A DNA stretch of 64,000 nt from a virus, in IMG/VR virus record IMGVR_UViG_3300046535_002148, positions 32,001 to 96,000 of that record. One strand, written 5' to 3'. Each line of letters begins with the position of its first letter. Positions within the stretch are counted from its first letter, which is position 1. Made by a program: the position numbers and the translations under genes. The notes beneath the pieces were generated by a model, which saw only the letters and a program-made list of their open reading frames with translations, was not told where the DNA came from and made no database searches. Below, in pieces: positions 20,601-29,223 of this stretch.

Positions 20601-22630
20601 GTGACCTGGTCGACGGCAGCGGCGCCGCGCTTGAGCTCGGCCTGGAACGCGGCGTAGGCAGCGCGCTCGGCCTCGATCGTCGCGCGGGCGTCGTCGACCC
20701 GGCTCAGCTGCCGTTCGGCGGATTTGACGGCCCTGGACGCATCGTTGATGGTGCCGGACTTGCGTCGCTCCGGGTCCAGGACATCGCCCTGGGCGAAGGC
20801 CAGCCGTGCCTCGGCCAGACGGCGGTCCTCAGCGAGCTTGGCTCGCCGCTCCGGGGTCAGCGACGCCCGCTGGTCCTTGGGGTCGGCGAGGACGGCCTTG
20901 CGCAGCGCGGCCTGGGCGCGTTGGAACTCGGTGAGCTGCGTCCGGCCGGGGCCGGCCTGGCGCGCGGCCTGCAGCTGCTCCTCGGCGAGGACCAGCTTGG
21001 CGGTGGCGACGGTCTCCTGCTGGCGCAGCGCGGCCAGCTGCGCTTCCTGCTTCTGGTAGTTCGGGGGCAGGACCGGCTTGTCACGGCGCAGGACGTCGGC
21101 GAGAGCGGCGCGCTGGGCGTCGCGCATCGCGTTGGAGTTCGGGCCGGCCAAGGCGCCGAGCGCGCCGCTGGGACTGGCCACGGTGCCAGCCAGCGACCGG
21201 ACCGCCTGCAGCGACGTGGCGCGCATGGCCGACGGGACGACCGATGCCAGGAGTCCCAGCGATCCGCTGGTCGGGGTCGGCGAGCCGAGCAGGGAGGTGC
21301 GCAGCATCTGCTGGGCGCGGAGGGCGGCGGCTGCCGCGGCCGAACGCTGCTGGGCTGCCGCGGCGTTGGCGGCTGCCTGCGCGTCGTATCCCTGTTGGCT
21401 CAGGTCCAGGCCCAGCAGGGAGGACCGCTGCCGCTGCGAATTCAGGAACGCCTGTCGCGCCGAGGGCAGCGAGGCAGCAAATGCGCCGAAGGACTGGCTC
21501 GACGAGAGCACGCCGCGCACCGAGCGCTCGACGCTCTGGCCGACGCCGACGCCGAACTGACGCGCCAGGAAGATCGGTGGCGTGGTGTTGCGCGATGCCA
21601 GGGTGCTGAGGTTCTGCCCGGCCGAGAAGACCTCGCGCAGTGCGCGCTCGACCTTCTGGCCCTGGACGATGCCCAGTTGGCGCGCGGCGTCGACCGGGCT
21701 CATCGGCTTGGGGCGCAGCGACTCGATCTGCACTGGGGTCAGGTTCGGCCCGAGCGCGGACTGGACCGGGTAGGCCGGCGGCTTCGGCTGCAGGGCGGCG
21801 ATCTGACTTGAGGTCAGTCGGGGGCCGAACGCGGCCGGCTGGCTGATCCGCGTGGCCATCGAGCCGAGGCTCTGGCCGGCCGCGACGAATCCGCGCAAGG
21901 AACGCTCGATCGCCGGGCTCTGCGCGGTGACGCCGAGCTGTCGGGCTGCCTCTACAGGACTCAGTGCGGGCGGGGACGGGGTGAACGGCCGAGTGCCCGA
22001 CATCTGGTTGAGCGTCCGGCTCGGGGAGTACTGCCCGCGCCGGGCCTGCCGCAGGGCCTCCTCGGCGGCGTCACGCTCGGCCCGGTACTGGGCCGAGGCG
22101 TACCCGGAGATCCTGGTCGCTTCCGCTGTTGCAGGCTTGCCCCGGGAGAGGGTGACGTAGTTGCGCGGCAGGACCACGCCCTCGGAACTGATCTGCCGGT
22201 AGGCGTCCCGGGTGGCCCTGCGGGTGCCCTCGACCAAGGACCTGGTCAACGGCGCGGGGTCGAAGGACGACAGCGGGACGCCTTGGCGGGCGAGCTGGCG
22301 GTAGAAGTTGCCGGTGACCTTCTCGATCTCGGCAAGCTGCTGGCGCTGGGCCTTGACCAGGCTGTCACCGCCCGGTACGACGGTGGCGCCGCGGGCGGTC
22401 TGCGCGATCTCGCTCTGGATCCGGCGCATCGTGCTCGGCACGATCTGGCCGGCACGCTCGAGGTCGGCGATGAACTGGTTCAGGGCAGTGCTGAGCCCCT
22501 TGCCGCCACTGCCGAACCCCGCGCGCTGCACCGAGGCGACCGAGTTGGAGATCTCGGCCATGCTCGACTTGATGAGGTCGGCAGCGACCGGAGCTGACGA
22601 GGCGTCAAATACGAACTCCATACCAGTCAT
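14666..22630 (-). CDS. Tape measure protein with tail lysozyme domain
   Basis: 2654 aa, Ala-rich and helical, follows the chaperone. GVLGNFQVESGF...GIAQWEGGRR...AQLGYLWQEL is a phage tail lysozyme motif (~16390-16760). Confidence 0.92.
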   Translation of the reverse strand: MTGMEFVFDASSAPVAADLIKSSMAEISNSVASVQRAGFGSGGKGLSTALNQFIADLERAGQIVPSTMRRIQSEIAQTARGATVVPGGDSLVKAQRQQLAEIEKVTGNFYRQLARQGVPLSSFDPAPLTRSLVEGTRRATRDAYRQISSEGVVLPRNYVTLSRGKPATAEATRISGYASAQYRAERDAAEEALRQARRGQYSPSRTLNQMSGTRPFTPSPPALSPVEAARQLGVTAQSPAIERSLRGFVAAGQSLGSMATRISQPAAFGPRLTSSQIAALQPKPPAYPVQSALGPNLTPVQIESLRPKPMSPVDAARQLGIVQGQKVERALREVFSAGQNLSTLASRNTTPPIFLARQFGVGVGQSVERSVRGVLSSSQSFGAFAASLPSARQAFLNSQRQRSSLLGLDLSQQGYDAQAAANAAAAQQRSAAAAAALRAQQMLRTSLLGSPTPTSGSLGLLASVVPSAMRATSLQAVRSLAGTVASPSGALGALAGPNSNAMRDAQRAALADVLRRDKPVLPPNYQKQEAQLAALRQQETVATAKLVLAEEQLQAARQAGPGRTQLTEFQRAQAALRKAVLADPKDQRASLTPERRAKLAEDRRLAEARLAFAQGDVLDPERRKSGTINDASRAVKSAERQLSRVDDARATIEAERAAYAAFQAELKRGAAAVDQVTQSGAGPAMRLLATSAERAAAQLRAEAILPAAQIANNAQQRLQSFYGGGGGSGGGGGSGPSGPNPPRGPFDAFLGGLSSRGFHAGGSLAPDLTGIAGTAGSLVKYGALSSIIYGVSSALGGTKQQVLDYTDSLTDLASALATGGEDFRGYRSVIDNEVTPSLERLARLSGSNVGQYLDVAARGVRVLSAPEAPQQEKVQTALQTATVAAQVAVNTGSDVHDRAGDVLAIASSYGLAANQLNQVSDAIANARRYTGDLGQVSQGLANVAEVAHGAGIGLNEAADLIGAITARTDQSGQTVATRIGKITQIFNGAGAQKILTGLGIDTDQSILQQMAQLQKQFQSGKVPLDQQRALTARLGGPANAREFTVALSEAESILQRSGEDLKNVGAGADLFNKKQADLAGLYRRISGDVKNIQINLARTGLGAGIGVGLDVLEHVLKVVSDITGAVGYMGQAFNSAFGGLGRYVSGALITLGELILAVKAYNALRNRASGGAFIAGAGGTPIGGGAGAVGGTDGIPKSTVFLPGSQPGRLGRALGKKPIAIEHPGIGAFQGALKEEVAAEKAAQQAIQARAQVEAGIAREIALRTEAEINAVRATNLDARAQQELEIVERRLQTELLAVTDAQERYAAAGVAINDLNLRLTLSTDALAAATARLNAEYAAELEASGALNAVGSRRGGGVRGLLGGATNKAIGGFIAVTIADQVYQGYNDKSKLASDAQATSRDAFIAINQAKTVDDLQAGIQELRQAGQDYKSAAGGFFGSIQDDVGKLFGQQGRGAQGQALLDAADAKQKEADAQKARITAAAQASTDDPYAQPFQDFSIDGLKASFQALDDHGVSAAHSVDLVNKALGDLSSAKPGTLIASRYDSTIADLTGLYGSPKSDTVVNAVADALKQSGADLGDITLAKGNIKSPGFGDYFKQLIRKGDDTNLIDKGLNDAADKNDYNAFARRLLEMNVSAGDVQKLNDSTKKIVTDYFGANGINPQRGGKLTDDQMKELADRLAQNQVAVGGVNVDPKTRDILTQTFGQGWLDKLKTDFDPTNVLGLDQTGSDFLQSSNIQRLNQKAQDSQYGNAAAVLQARSAGIFDQSDYRAADPVTIARQKLAGILQEEANAASTHMDVTEATVQQELQARRELADALESQKEYEIQLKGAGARGSLAQAQNALDLALQKQRYQNQVAGGDLSGLGAGQGLPGGDQIQELIAKGDIVGAGNAALDAFAGLPWQDTGKQAGQQIIDGVNAALGSITTASTGGTADGAVYPGGAPLSTGAAGTSDSNAAYIAKFLLGKGLSKAQVSGVLGNFQVESGFSPTSYNAGEKAIGIAQWEGGRRTDLQAYAKKHGLKETDLDAQLGYLWQELSGGENKSLRALLGTSTASSAAAVFDQMFERSSGEARGTRMSNATALFGSSITDGISKADLESQVKSINDQIKTADPSDVGALIRQRNDLTSQISNLGSASKAAAAGAKKSGSSSGALTSGQMQSNIDVASAQERLAQVAAVQLVQAQAQANADPKSQLSQLRAQLIGATAGKKFYPKGQPEYYQALAEVKQLSLQIAQSTVARTNAQQLAATRPGDNLKRDQIALTNLTSKRNLTTKGTQEYYELTDQINQQQSTIADAAAEVASSRRASRVPSGASVASASAKMADATDKVKNALKFAGAESAAYYQALTELHSAQDAYATAQRDYAKTLYLLGSDITDPLVQAKANTQQARSKLNTDLKSRAALVAEQRSDAASIAALAKKRDSAGAKVSADYKKQQALEDLIAKSHSKKNKAKYESQLAAVNKQLATDKAARDNLVKQYNAAVSASQKKALGTQIAGLDEVISADQLDVKTQQASEEAAAFDKNLSAVQTADHLGRITHAQYIKYLSNEHDRLSAVKDRTYQQQQELDQIDGLLKDARDAMSGQFNIGDVKLPTEYEVRRFIGAQAANYGQYAQGNAQTVNIYVNGADIPTMQKVLADTFGPTATQSMTTATKK

Positions 22631-22636
22631 GGATCG

Positions 22637-23727
22637 CTACCTCCCTCGCCGTAATCCCTTGGTGGCTTCGTTCTGTTCGAGCGGTACTTGTTCGATCGGT
22701 TCCCGGTCGGTGCTCGAGGAGGAGTACTTCTCCCGCACCCGGTCGAAATGCTCGGAGAGCGCTTCGTCGTCGAGGTAGATCGACTCCGGTGGCTGGTCCT
22801 CCTCCCGCATCTCGTGCCAACCGAGGATCGCTAGGGCGTGGGAGACGGCGACGCTGAGGTACCAGGGTCCGCAACGGGGATCACGTCCGGGCCAGAGGCT
22901 GTCGACGCCTCCTCCTCGTTTGAGGGCAGAGACGACGCGGATGAACTCTGCGGCCTGTCCGAGTTTTTTGCGTCCCTGGGCGTCATGTTCAGTTGGCTCA
23001 GGGCGGCGTGGATCTCCTCGATCAGGTCATCCGGCGCGTCGCGCACTTCCCGCCGGTTCTCGAAGACCTGCACGTGGTGGTTGTCGCAGGAGCTGTGGTC
23101 CCAGATGCCGTCGGTCGACTGTGTCCCGTCGCAGCAGCGAGCGGCGAAGAAGACTTCGGACAGCCGGTGTTCGGCCAGGGCGACGCCGGCGCCGCGCTGG
23201 TCGATGTAGAGCTTCACGAAGGCGTCGCGCACCTCGACGTCGCTCATGGCCTCGAACTTCTTGCGGTGGTCCTCCAGCGCTTCGTCGATGAGCTGGCCGG
23301 ACTCCACCAGGTAGTCCTGGTTGATCTTGTCGAGAAGTTGGCGCTCCGGGTCGCTGGGCTCCCGCGACAGGATTTCGTCCTGGCGGGCGGAGATGGCCAA
23401 CCGTTCCGTCCAGTCCGGGTCGTTGGCGATGGTCTCGTTGGCTCTGACCAGCGACTCGGGGTACTTCGCGTCGACCAGCTGCTCGATGATCCGCTCGCGG
23501 CCGATGACGAAGAAGCTGGCCTCGACCTTGGCGAGCTCGTCACTGCCGTGCTCCTGCAGGGCCATGACCATGCGGGCACGTGCACCGCGTCCGTCCTCGC
23601 GTGCAGCCTCGACCTCGAAGGAGTTGAGGACCTGGACCCACATGATGGTGCCGTCGCGCAGGGTGAGTTCGCGCCCGCGGACGTAGAGGTCGGTGACGCG
23701 TCGGTACTTCATCCGGTTCAGCGCCAT
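22637..23727 (-). CDS. Tail assembly chaperone -1 frameshift product (gpGT-like)
   Basis: A -1 shift at AAAAAAC (22969-22963) opens a frame KLGQAAEFIRV...QPPESIYLDDEALSEHF...RGR* that stops at 22637, just before the tape measure ATG. Confidence 0.75.
22831..23727 (-). CDS. Tail assembly chaperone (gpG-like)
   Basis: Between major tail and tape measure genes; ATG 23727 (MALNRMKY); contains slippery site A AAA AAC. Confidence 0.75.
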   Translation of the reverse strand: MALNRMKYRRVTDLYVRGRELTLRDGTIMWVQVLNSFEVEAAREDGRGARARMVMALQEHGSDELAKVEASFFVIGRERIIEQLVDAKYPESLVRANETIANDPDWTERLAISARQDEILSREPSDPERQLLDKINQDYLVESGQLIDEALEDHRKKFEAMSDVEVRDAFVKLYIDQRGAGVALAEHRLSEVFFAARCCDGTQSTDGIWDHSSCDNHHVQVFENRREVRDAPDDLIEEIHAALSQLNMTPRDAKNSDRPQSSSASSLPSNEEEASTASGPDVIPVADPGTSASPSPTP

Positions 23728-23870
23728 GGGGCGCCGCCAGGTGCAGACATGGGTGTGCTCCGTCCGGTCCTGTTCCAGTCCCACACAGACCCCCGGTGGG
23801 GGCCCCGTTCCTGTTCCACTGGGCTGCATCGGCATCGCCGCGACGGACGGCGAATCGGACCGGACATGGC

Positions 23871-23900
23871 GCAGGGCCCGGTGACGAAGCCGGGCCCTGC
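23871..23900 (-). terminator. Hairpin after the major tail gene
   Basis: GCAGGGCCCGG...CCGGGCCCTGC, perfect 11-bp stem. Confidence 0.55.
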
Positions 23901-23923
23901 GGTTTGCTGACTACCCCTCAGGC

Positions 23924-25135
23924 TTACGGACTGTCCGATTTGTAAACGTTGAGGATGCCCGCGTCGGACTCGAAGTTCAGGCTCATGCTCAGCTTCTGCT
24001 GGACCTGGCCGGAGTAGCCCGGCAGCGTGAACCGGGCGTCGGGGACCTCGATGGTCTTGATGGTCGAGCCGTTGGTCGGGCTCTTGAGCTTGATGAGCAG
24101 GCTCAGCGGGGTACTGGTGTACGGGCCGACGGCCTCGTTGGTGGCCGAGACCCCGGAGATCTGGCGGATGCGGGTCATGAGCTCGGCGACGTCGCGGGGC
24201 TTGATGTCGATGGAGCCGGAGACCTGCGGGACGTCGTAGTCCTGGGAGACGACGTAGTAGTTGCCGAACTCCTCGTCGCGGTCGAGGTTCACGCGGTACT
24301 CGACGTTGACCGCCTGGACCGAGGGCCACTTGAAGCCGGCGGTGTTGCCACCGACGTAGACCTCGATGTTCTTGCCCTTGATGGCAGAGGGCCTGGTCGC
24401 GGAGTCCACGGCGTGCGAGGCCTGTGGGTAGTTCGCGACGACCGCGCTCTGGTAGGAGATGCGGACCTTCTCGGCGACCGGGACCGCGGCCAGGATCGTG
24501 ACGGCGGTGGCGGTCTCGGTGTAGTCGACGCCCTTCACCAGTCGCTTGCCGGCGGTGACCAGCGAGACGCCCAGGGCGTAGCGGGTACCGGCGATCGCGT
24601 CGCCGTTGTAGGCGATCGGGGCGTTGGTGAAGTTGATCGCCTGGTTGGCGACGTTGGTGCCCACCGTCTCCTGGACGTAGGCCGACGCGCCCGCGTAGTA
24701 GATGGAGTCCCCGCGCAGGGTGGCGGTCTGGCTGGCGTTGTCGCGGATACCGAAGCGGTAGCTCAGCGACTCCAGCATCAGGTACGGGATGACGACCGAA
24801 CCCGAGACGTCGTACAGGTTGGTGTCGGTGCGCCCACGCTTGAACTCGTTGGCGATGTCCATGGGCAGCGACCGCGAGATGTCGTACTTGGTCGCGTTGA
24901 TGTCGGTGGCGAAGTCCTTGCCGACCAGCATGGCTTCGAACTCAGGGGAAACGTCGAAGCTCTCGTTGGAGAAGCTCAGATCCGGGGTGTCGCGAACCGT
25001 CGCGACGGACTGGTAATTACCCAGCTCGAAGACCTTGTCGGTCGGGATGTTGACCTGTCCCGGACCCGCGGTCTGAACTCGGTCAACCAGGATCTGGTTG
25101 CCGATAGTGATGATGTCGCCAGCCTTCAGCGCGAT
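23924..25135 (-). CDS. Major tail (tube) protein, probable ATC start
   Basis: Position before chaperone and tape measure genes; tube-like ELGN/EEFGN repeats. GGAGG RBS lies 9 nt before ATC-GCG-CTG-AAG. Confidence 0.75.
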   Translation of the reverse strand: MALKAGDIITIGNQILVDRVQTAGPGQVNIPTDKVFELGNYQSVATVRDTPDLSFSNESFDVSPEFEAMLVGKDFATDINATKYDISRSLPMDIANEFKRGRTDTNLYDVSGSVVIPYLMLESLSYRFGIRDNASQTATLRGDSIYYAGASAYVQETVGTNVANQAINFTNAPIAYNGDAIAGTRYALGVSLVTAGKRLVKGVDYTETATAVTILAAVPVAEKVRISYQSAVVANYPQASHAVDSATRPSAIKGKNIEVYVGGNTAGFKWPSVQAVNVEYRVNLDRDEEFGNYYVVSQDYDVPQVSGSIDIKPRDVAELMTRIRQISGVSATNEAVGPYTSTPLSLLIKLKSPTNGSTIKTIEVPDARFTLPGYSGQVQQKLSMSLNFESDAGILNVYKSDSP

Positions 25136-25236
25136 GACTACTGCCCTCCAGATTTGGCGCCGGGCGCCGGCGCGACCGGGGTAATGCCGCCGTTGCTGGA
25201 GGTGTCGGCACCGTCGAGGGAGGCGCCAAAAAGGAC

Positions 25237-25992
25237 TCAGCCCTCGATGTAGCGATCGGGCGTAGGGGGCAGTCGGCGCGGCAACTCGCCGGGCCTGGCG
25301 TTGCGTCGGAACTGGTCGAACCGCGCCGCCTGGTCGGCGTGCTGGAAGCCGAAGGCTCTGCGCATCGCGGGCCTGATGCCGCGGCCGGCGTTGCTGTAGA
25401 CCAACTCGAAGATGTGGTCGGTGTTCAGCCACTTGTCGCGCAGATCGTCCATGGCGTCGCCGATGTAGCGGAACGGAACCCTCGGGCCCACCAGCGCCTG
25501 AATGACCGGCCCCTTGCGCATCTGGACGAACCGAACGGCGTTGTTGGCCCCTTCTCGCGGCCTTTCGTAACGGGTGTTTCCGCGTCGGCTCTGCAGCATG
25601 AACAGGCCTTGGAGTTGCTGTTTGCGACCCTCAGCTCCGACCTCGAGCTGGCGCCAGTACATGGTCGCCTTGCGGTCGAGGAAGGACTCGTTGTTGACGT
25701 CGAAGCCGTTGAGGGTGACGTGGCGGTTCTCGTCGGAGAGCAGGGCCTGCGCCAGAGGGCTCGCCGAGAACGGGCGCCGCTGCGGTCGCCGGTGCTCCCG
25801 GACGGAGTCACGCAGCTTCTCGCGCTCCTTCTTCTGCAGCTCGATGGCCAGGGCCGTGTTGACCTTGAGCATGATCTGGTCGATGCGCGCCGCGTCGCTG
25901 GTCAACCGTTCGCATTGGCGGCGGATGTTCGTGGTGTCGATCCGGGGGACCTTGAGGATCGGCCCGGAGAGTCGCCCACTGCTGTTAGCCAC
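25237..25992 (-). CDS. Neck/tail-completion protein (basic, HK97 gp10-like position)
   Basis: YWRQLEVG motif; located in the neck module. Confidence 0.45.
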   Translation of the reverse strand: MANSSGRLSGPILKVPRIDTTNIRRQCERLTSDAARIDQIMLKVNTALAIELQKKEREKLRDSVREHRRPQRRPFSASPLAQALLSDENRHVTLNGFDVNNESFLDRKATMYWRQLEVGAEGRKQQLQGLFMLQSRRGNTRYERPREGANNAVRFVQMRKGPVIQALVGPRVPFRYIGDAMDDLRDKWLNTDHIFELVYSNAGRGIRPAMRRAFGFQHADQAARFDQFRRNARPGELPRRLPPTPDRYIEG

Positions 25993-26269
25993 CGAGCTTC
26001 TCCACGATCTGGCGCTGGGAGGCATGCATGGCCTCGATCAGCTTCAGGGCGCGGTCGTTGCGCATCTGGTCCTGGTCGACGACCTTGAGGATGTCGCGCA
26101 CGAAGTCGGTGTAGGCGTCGGCGGCGTCGAAGACCTTCTGCCGGAAGCCGTCACGCTCATCGTCGGTGAGCTTCGGGTAGAACTCGCGCTCGGCGTGCCC
26201 GAGTACGGAGGCGATGAAGCGTTTGCGCTGCTCCAGCATGAGCCGGACCACCATGTCGTCACGGGGCAA
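25985..26269 (-). CDS. Hypothetical protein
   Basis: Typical codon usage; overlaps the next gene. Confidence 0.55.
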   Translation of the reverse strand: MPRDDMVVRLMLEQRKRFIASVLGHAEREFYPKLTDDERDGFRQKVFDAADAYTDFVRDILKVVDQDQMRNDRALKLIEAMHASQRQIVEKLGG

Positions 26270-26278
26270 GACAGGTCC

Positions 26279-26791
26279 TCACTGGAAGCGCACTGAGGCG
26301 GGGGCCTTGACCACCCGCCAGTACCGACGGATGTCCGGGGAGCCCATGGACGCAGCCGGACGCTCGACGAAGACCTGCTCCCGCTCGACCCAGATGATCT
26401 CGGCGGTCTCGGTGCCGTCGGCAACTGACGTGTAGTCACGCAGGTTGAGGGCGAGGTCGCTGAGGATGCCCTTCACGTCGCTGGCGATGGACGTCGCGAT
26501 GGCGGCGTTCGCGCCGTAGACGTCGACGAAGACCGGGAACACGACCTCCCACAGTCCCCCGGTCGAGGCGCCCATCTCCATCGGCTGGTCGGGCTCCTCA
26601 TCGCCCAGGGTGATGGCAACGGTGTTGGCCTTGATCTCCTTGCCGGCCTCGTCGGGCTGGAACTCGAGGAACGTGATCGGGACCGTGTCGAAGTTGACCG
26701 GGGCGTTGACCCAGCCAAGTGATGCGAGCTGCGCTTCGACGTGATCGGCGAGGGTCTTGTGCACATGCCTCGGCCTGAACCGCAGCGCCAT
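26279..26791 (-). CDS. Putative tail terminator
   Basis: Size, synteny and VFVDVYG pattern. Confidence 0.5.
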   Translation of the reverse strand: MALRFRPRHVHKTLADHVEAQLASLGWVNAPVNFDTVPITFLEFQPDEAGKEIKANTVAITLGDEEPDQPMEMGASTGGLWEVVFPVFVDVYGANAAIATSIASDVKGILSDLALNLRDYTSVADGTETAEIIWVEREQVFVERPAASMGSPDIRRYWRVVKAPASVRFQ

Positions 26792-27231
26792 CAGAGCTCG
26801 TTCTCGGCGACGAAGACCATCTGGTAGACGCCGACGTCGTAGAGACCGACCGGCGGGGCGGTGCGTCGGTAGAGGTACTTGTCGCCGCCGGCGATCACGT
26901 AGGAGCAGCCCTTCACCTGGTCGTACTCCTCATCGAGCAGGGTGATGTTGAGCTTGGTCGCGGTGACCGTGCCGAAGGGCACCGTCTCCCCCTCGTGGTC
27001 GATCCACTCCACGGCACAGGGCACGCGGACCTCGCGGCGCGGTGACTGGGTCACGGTCGCAGTGGGGTCGAACGGGGTGTTCTCGTCGTCGGTCGGTCTG
27101 TTGTAGATCAGCTGCTTCGGGAAGCAGAAGATGACCTGCTCGCTGGACTTGGGCGCCGCGCCGAGCTCCATCACCATGCGGATGTTGGTCCGGAACTCGT
27201 CGCCGTCGAAGTCGGCACTGGATCCCGCCAT
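26791..27231 (-). CDS. Putative head-to-tail stopper
   Basis: Synteny; VPCAVEW...LNITLL beta pattern. Confidence 0.45.
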   Translation of the reverse strand: MAGSSADFDGDEFRTNIRMVMELGAAPKSSEQVIFCFPKQLIYNRPTDDENTPFDPTATVTQSPRREVRVPCAVEWIDHEGETVPFGTVTATKLNITLLDEEYDQVKGCSYVIAGGDKYLYRRTAPPVGLYDVGVYQMVFVAENEL

Positions 27232-27239
27232 CGCTCACC

Positions 27240-27758
27240 TCACAGCAATCCGCCGACCGGATCGTGGTAATCCGATCGACCGTGGAGCCAGTTGAGGTCG
27301 TAGCTGGCGATGGAGCGGGCGACGCTGGCATCGGCCATGTAGACGGCGCTCGCGACGCCGTAGTTCGTGGACAGGGTGATCACCTGCTGCTTCTCCGCCT
27401 CGTACTGCTTGAGCAGTTCGACGAGGACCTGGCTGGCGTAGTCCTGCTCGGACACGACGCCGGGGGCCTCGTAGCGGACGTGGCTCTTGCGGTTGGCGAT
27501 CTGGGTGCGCAGGATCCGGGCGCCGGTGAACAGCACGACGACAGATCCCTGCTCGATGCTGATGTCCGGGGTGACGGTGTAGTCGTCCAGGTCGAGATCG
27601 GCGCTGCCGAACAGGCCGAAGCGGCGGGCCTCGGCCCAGCCGTCGGCGAGGGCCTCGGTGAGGTCCAGGTCGGAGGCGTCCGGGAAGTAGGTGTCGAACT
27701 GTCCCGGGGGCGCCACGAAGCGCTTCAGGGATCCCACCAGCGCAGCCAACTGACTCAT
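27240..27758 (-). CDS. Putative head-to-tail adaptor
   Basis: Helical, first neck gene. ATG 27758 lies 7 nt after a promoter-like -10, so possibly leaderless. Confidence 0.45.
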   Translation of the reverse strand: MSQLAALVGSLKRFVAPPGQFDTYFPDASDLDLTEALADGWAEARRFGLFGSADLDLDDYTVTPDISIEQGSVVVLFTGARILRTQIANRKSHVRYEAPGVVSEQDYASQVLVELLKQYEAEKQQVITLSTNYGVASAVYMADASVARSIASYDLNWLHGRSDYHDPVGGLL

Positions 27759-27912
27759 GTTGGGGGTATCGGGCCGTGGGTGGCCCGGCGAAAACGGCAC
27801 CGGGGCCCGGGCGGTCACGGCGCTCGGGCCCCGGTTCGGGGTCGCGCTCTCGGCCGGATCGGCGACCGGGGCGACGGTGGGGATAAAACTCCGGAGCTGG
27901 CTCCGGAGTTCT

Positions 27913-28464
27913 TCAGCTCAGGGGTGTGGCTGCGCGGTTGGGGTTGGCTTCCTCGCGGATGGCCTTCTGGCTCTTCGACTGCTTGTAGCGGGCGTCGATG
28001 ATCTCGGAGAGGATCTCCATCTGCTCCATGGTCGCCTCCTTGCCACCGACATCACGCAGGCGGCGCAGGACGAGCTCGCTGCTGATGTCCTCGATGGTGG
28101 CACGGAAGACCTCACCGTCCTTGACCGTGAAGAACTCCTTCAACTCCTCGAGGGTCAGGTGGTAGGTGGAGTCGATGTCCGGGACGTAGTCCTCCGGGGC
28201 GCCGTCGACGCGCAGGAACTTCAGGGCGCCGTTGCGGAACGGATTGGAGGTGGACATCTCCTCCACGATCTGCTGCTCGTTGTAGCGGCGGTCGTCGATG
28301 CTGATGCGCAGGAACTTGGAGCCGCCGTCGGAGCCGCCGACCTTCTGCTTGGTGTAGCCCTTCGTGCGCGGGTCCATCTGCCAGACCCAGATCGTGCCGG
28401 GTCCGGTGACCTGCCAGGTCTCGGTGCCCTCGGTGTAGATGTAATCGGTGAGCGCAGTTGCCAT
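27913..28464 (-). CDS. Hypothetical protein (probably virion assembly)
   Basis: Well-formed ORF with RBS and its own late-type promoter motif. Confidence 0.5.
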   Translation of the reverse strand: MATALTDYIYTEGTETWQVTGPGTIWVWQMDPRTKGYTKQKVGGSDGGSKFLRISIDDRRYNEQQIVEEMSTSNPFRNGALKFLRVDGAPEDYVPDIDSTYHLTLEELKEFFTVKDGEVFRATIEDISSELVLRRLRDVGGKEATMEQMEILSEIIDARYKQSKSQKAIREEANPNRAATPLS

Positions 28465-28527
28465 TCCATGTCCCTTCACGACTTGTTGTTTCCGCTATCG
28501 ACCTTTCCAGCGAAAACTGAAAGTGCG

Positions 28528-28881
28528 TCAGGCGCCGGGGCTCTGCCCGGGGGCGTGCTTGGCTGAGGACGGGCCGATCGTGGTGATCTGCTCGAGGGTC
28601 TGTACGCCTGAGGGCAGCGGCTTGAGCAGGTGGGCGTAGGAGGTCTGCGCGGCGATGACCACGGCGGCGATGGACGCCATGGCCGAGGTCGCGGAGAAGT
28701 CGACCTCGCCGTTGAACAGGGCGTTGCCCAGGCCGACCAGGACGCTGATGACCAGGGCGACCGCGCGGCGCGTCTTGTCGTTCCAGCGGGCCTGGTTGAT
28801 GACGGCCACGAGGTAGGGGGTGACCACGCCGAGGATGAGACCCCAGCTGGCGGCGGTAGTCATGGTGCCGTTGTTGTCCAT
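28528..28881 (-). CDS. Holin-like membrane protein
   Basis: Three hydrophobic segments; PYLVAVINQARW motif seen in actinophage holins. Confidence 0.65.
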   Translation of the reverse strand: MDNNGTMTTAASWGLILGVVTPYLVAVINQARWNDKTRRAVALVISVLVGLGNALFNGEVDFSATSAMASIAAVVIAAQTSYAHLLKPLPSGVQTLEQITTIGPSSAKHAPGQSPGA

Positions 28882-28889
28882 CGGAATCC

Positions 28890-29141
28890 TCAGCCCCGTA
28901 GGGCGACCGGGCGCCGGCTCTTGCGACGCTTCATGAGTTTGCCGAGCTTCTTCGGGCTGCGGATCACGTCCTCGCCCTTGGACAGCGGCGCGGTTGAACG
29001 CACCGGCTGCTGCCGGGCGTCGTTGTCGCGGGTCCGCTGCTCCGGGCTGCGTCGCAGGCAGCTCTTCGAGCAGTAGGCGCTGTCCTCGGACAGGTAGGCC
29101 ATGGTGGTGATGGGCGCCTTGCAGTGCTTGCAGTTGGTCAT
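28890..29141 (-). CDS. Small Zn-finger, basic protein
   Basis: CKHC...YCSKSC followed by a Lys/Arg-rich tail. Confidence 0.5.
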   Translation of the reverse strand: MTNCKHCKAPITTMAYLSEDSAYCSKSCLRRSPEQRTRDNDARQQPVRSTAPLSKGEDVIRSPKKLGKLMKRRKSRRPVALRG

Positions 29142-29223
29142 CGTGTTCGGCGTATGGTGCCGCGGCCCGTGAGGTGCGTTGACGCTGTTGTCATCGACCG
29201 GTCGGGCGCCCGCCGCAAACGAG

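Noticed and set aside
25136-25432. Track N-terminal extension of the major tail ORF
   Set aside because: Overlaps the upstream gene, has shadow-like composition, and spans the promoter and RBS that point to 25135.
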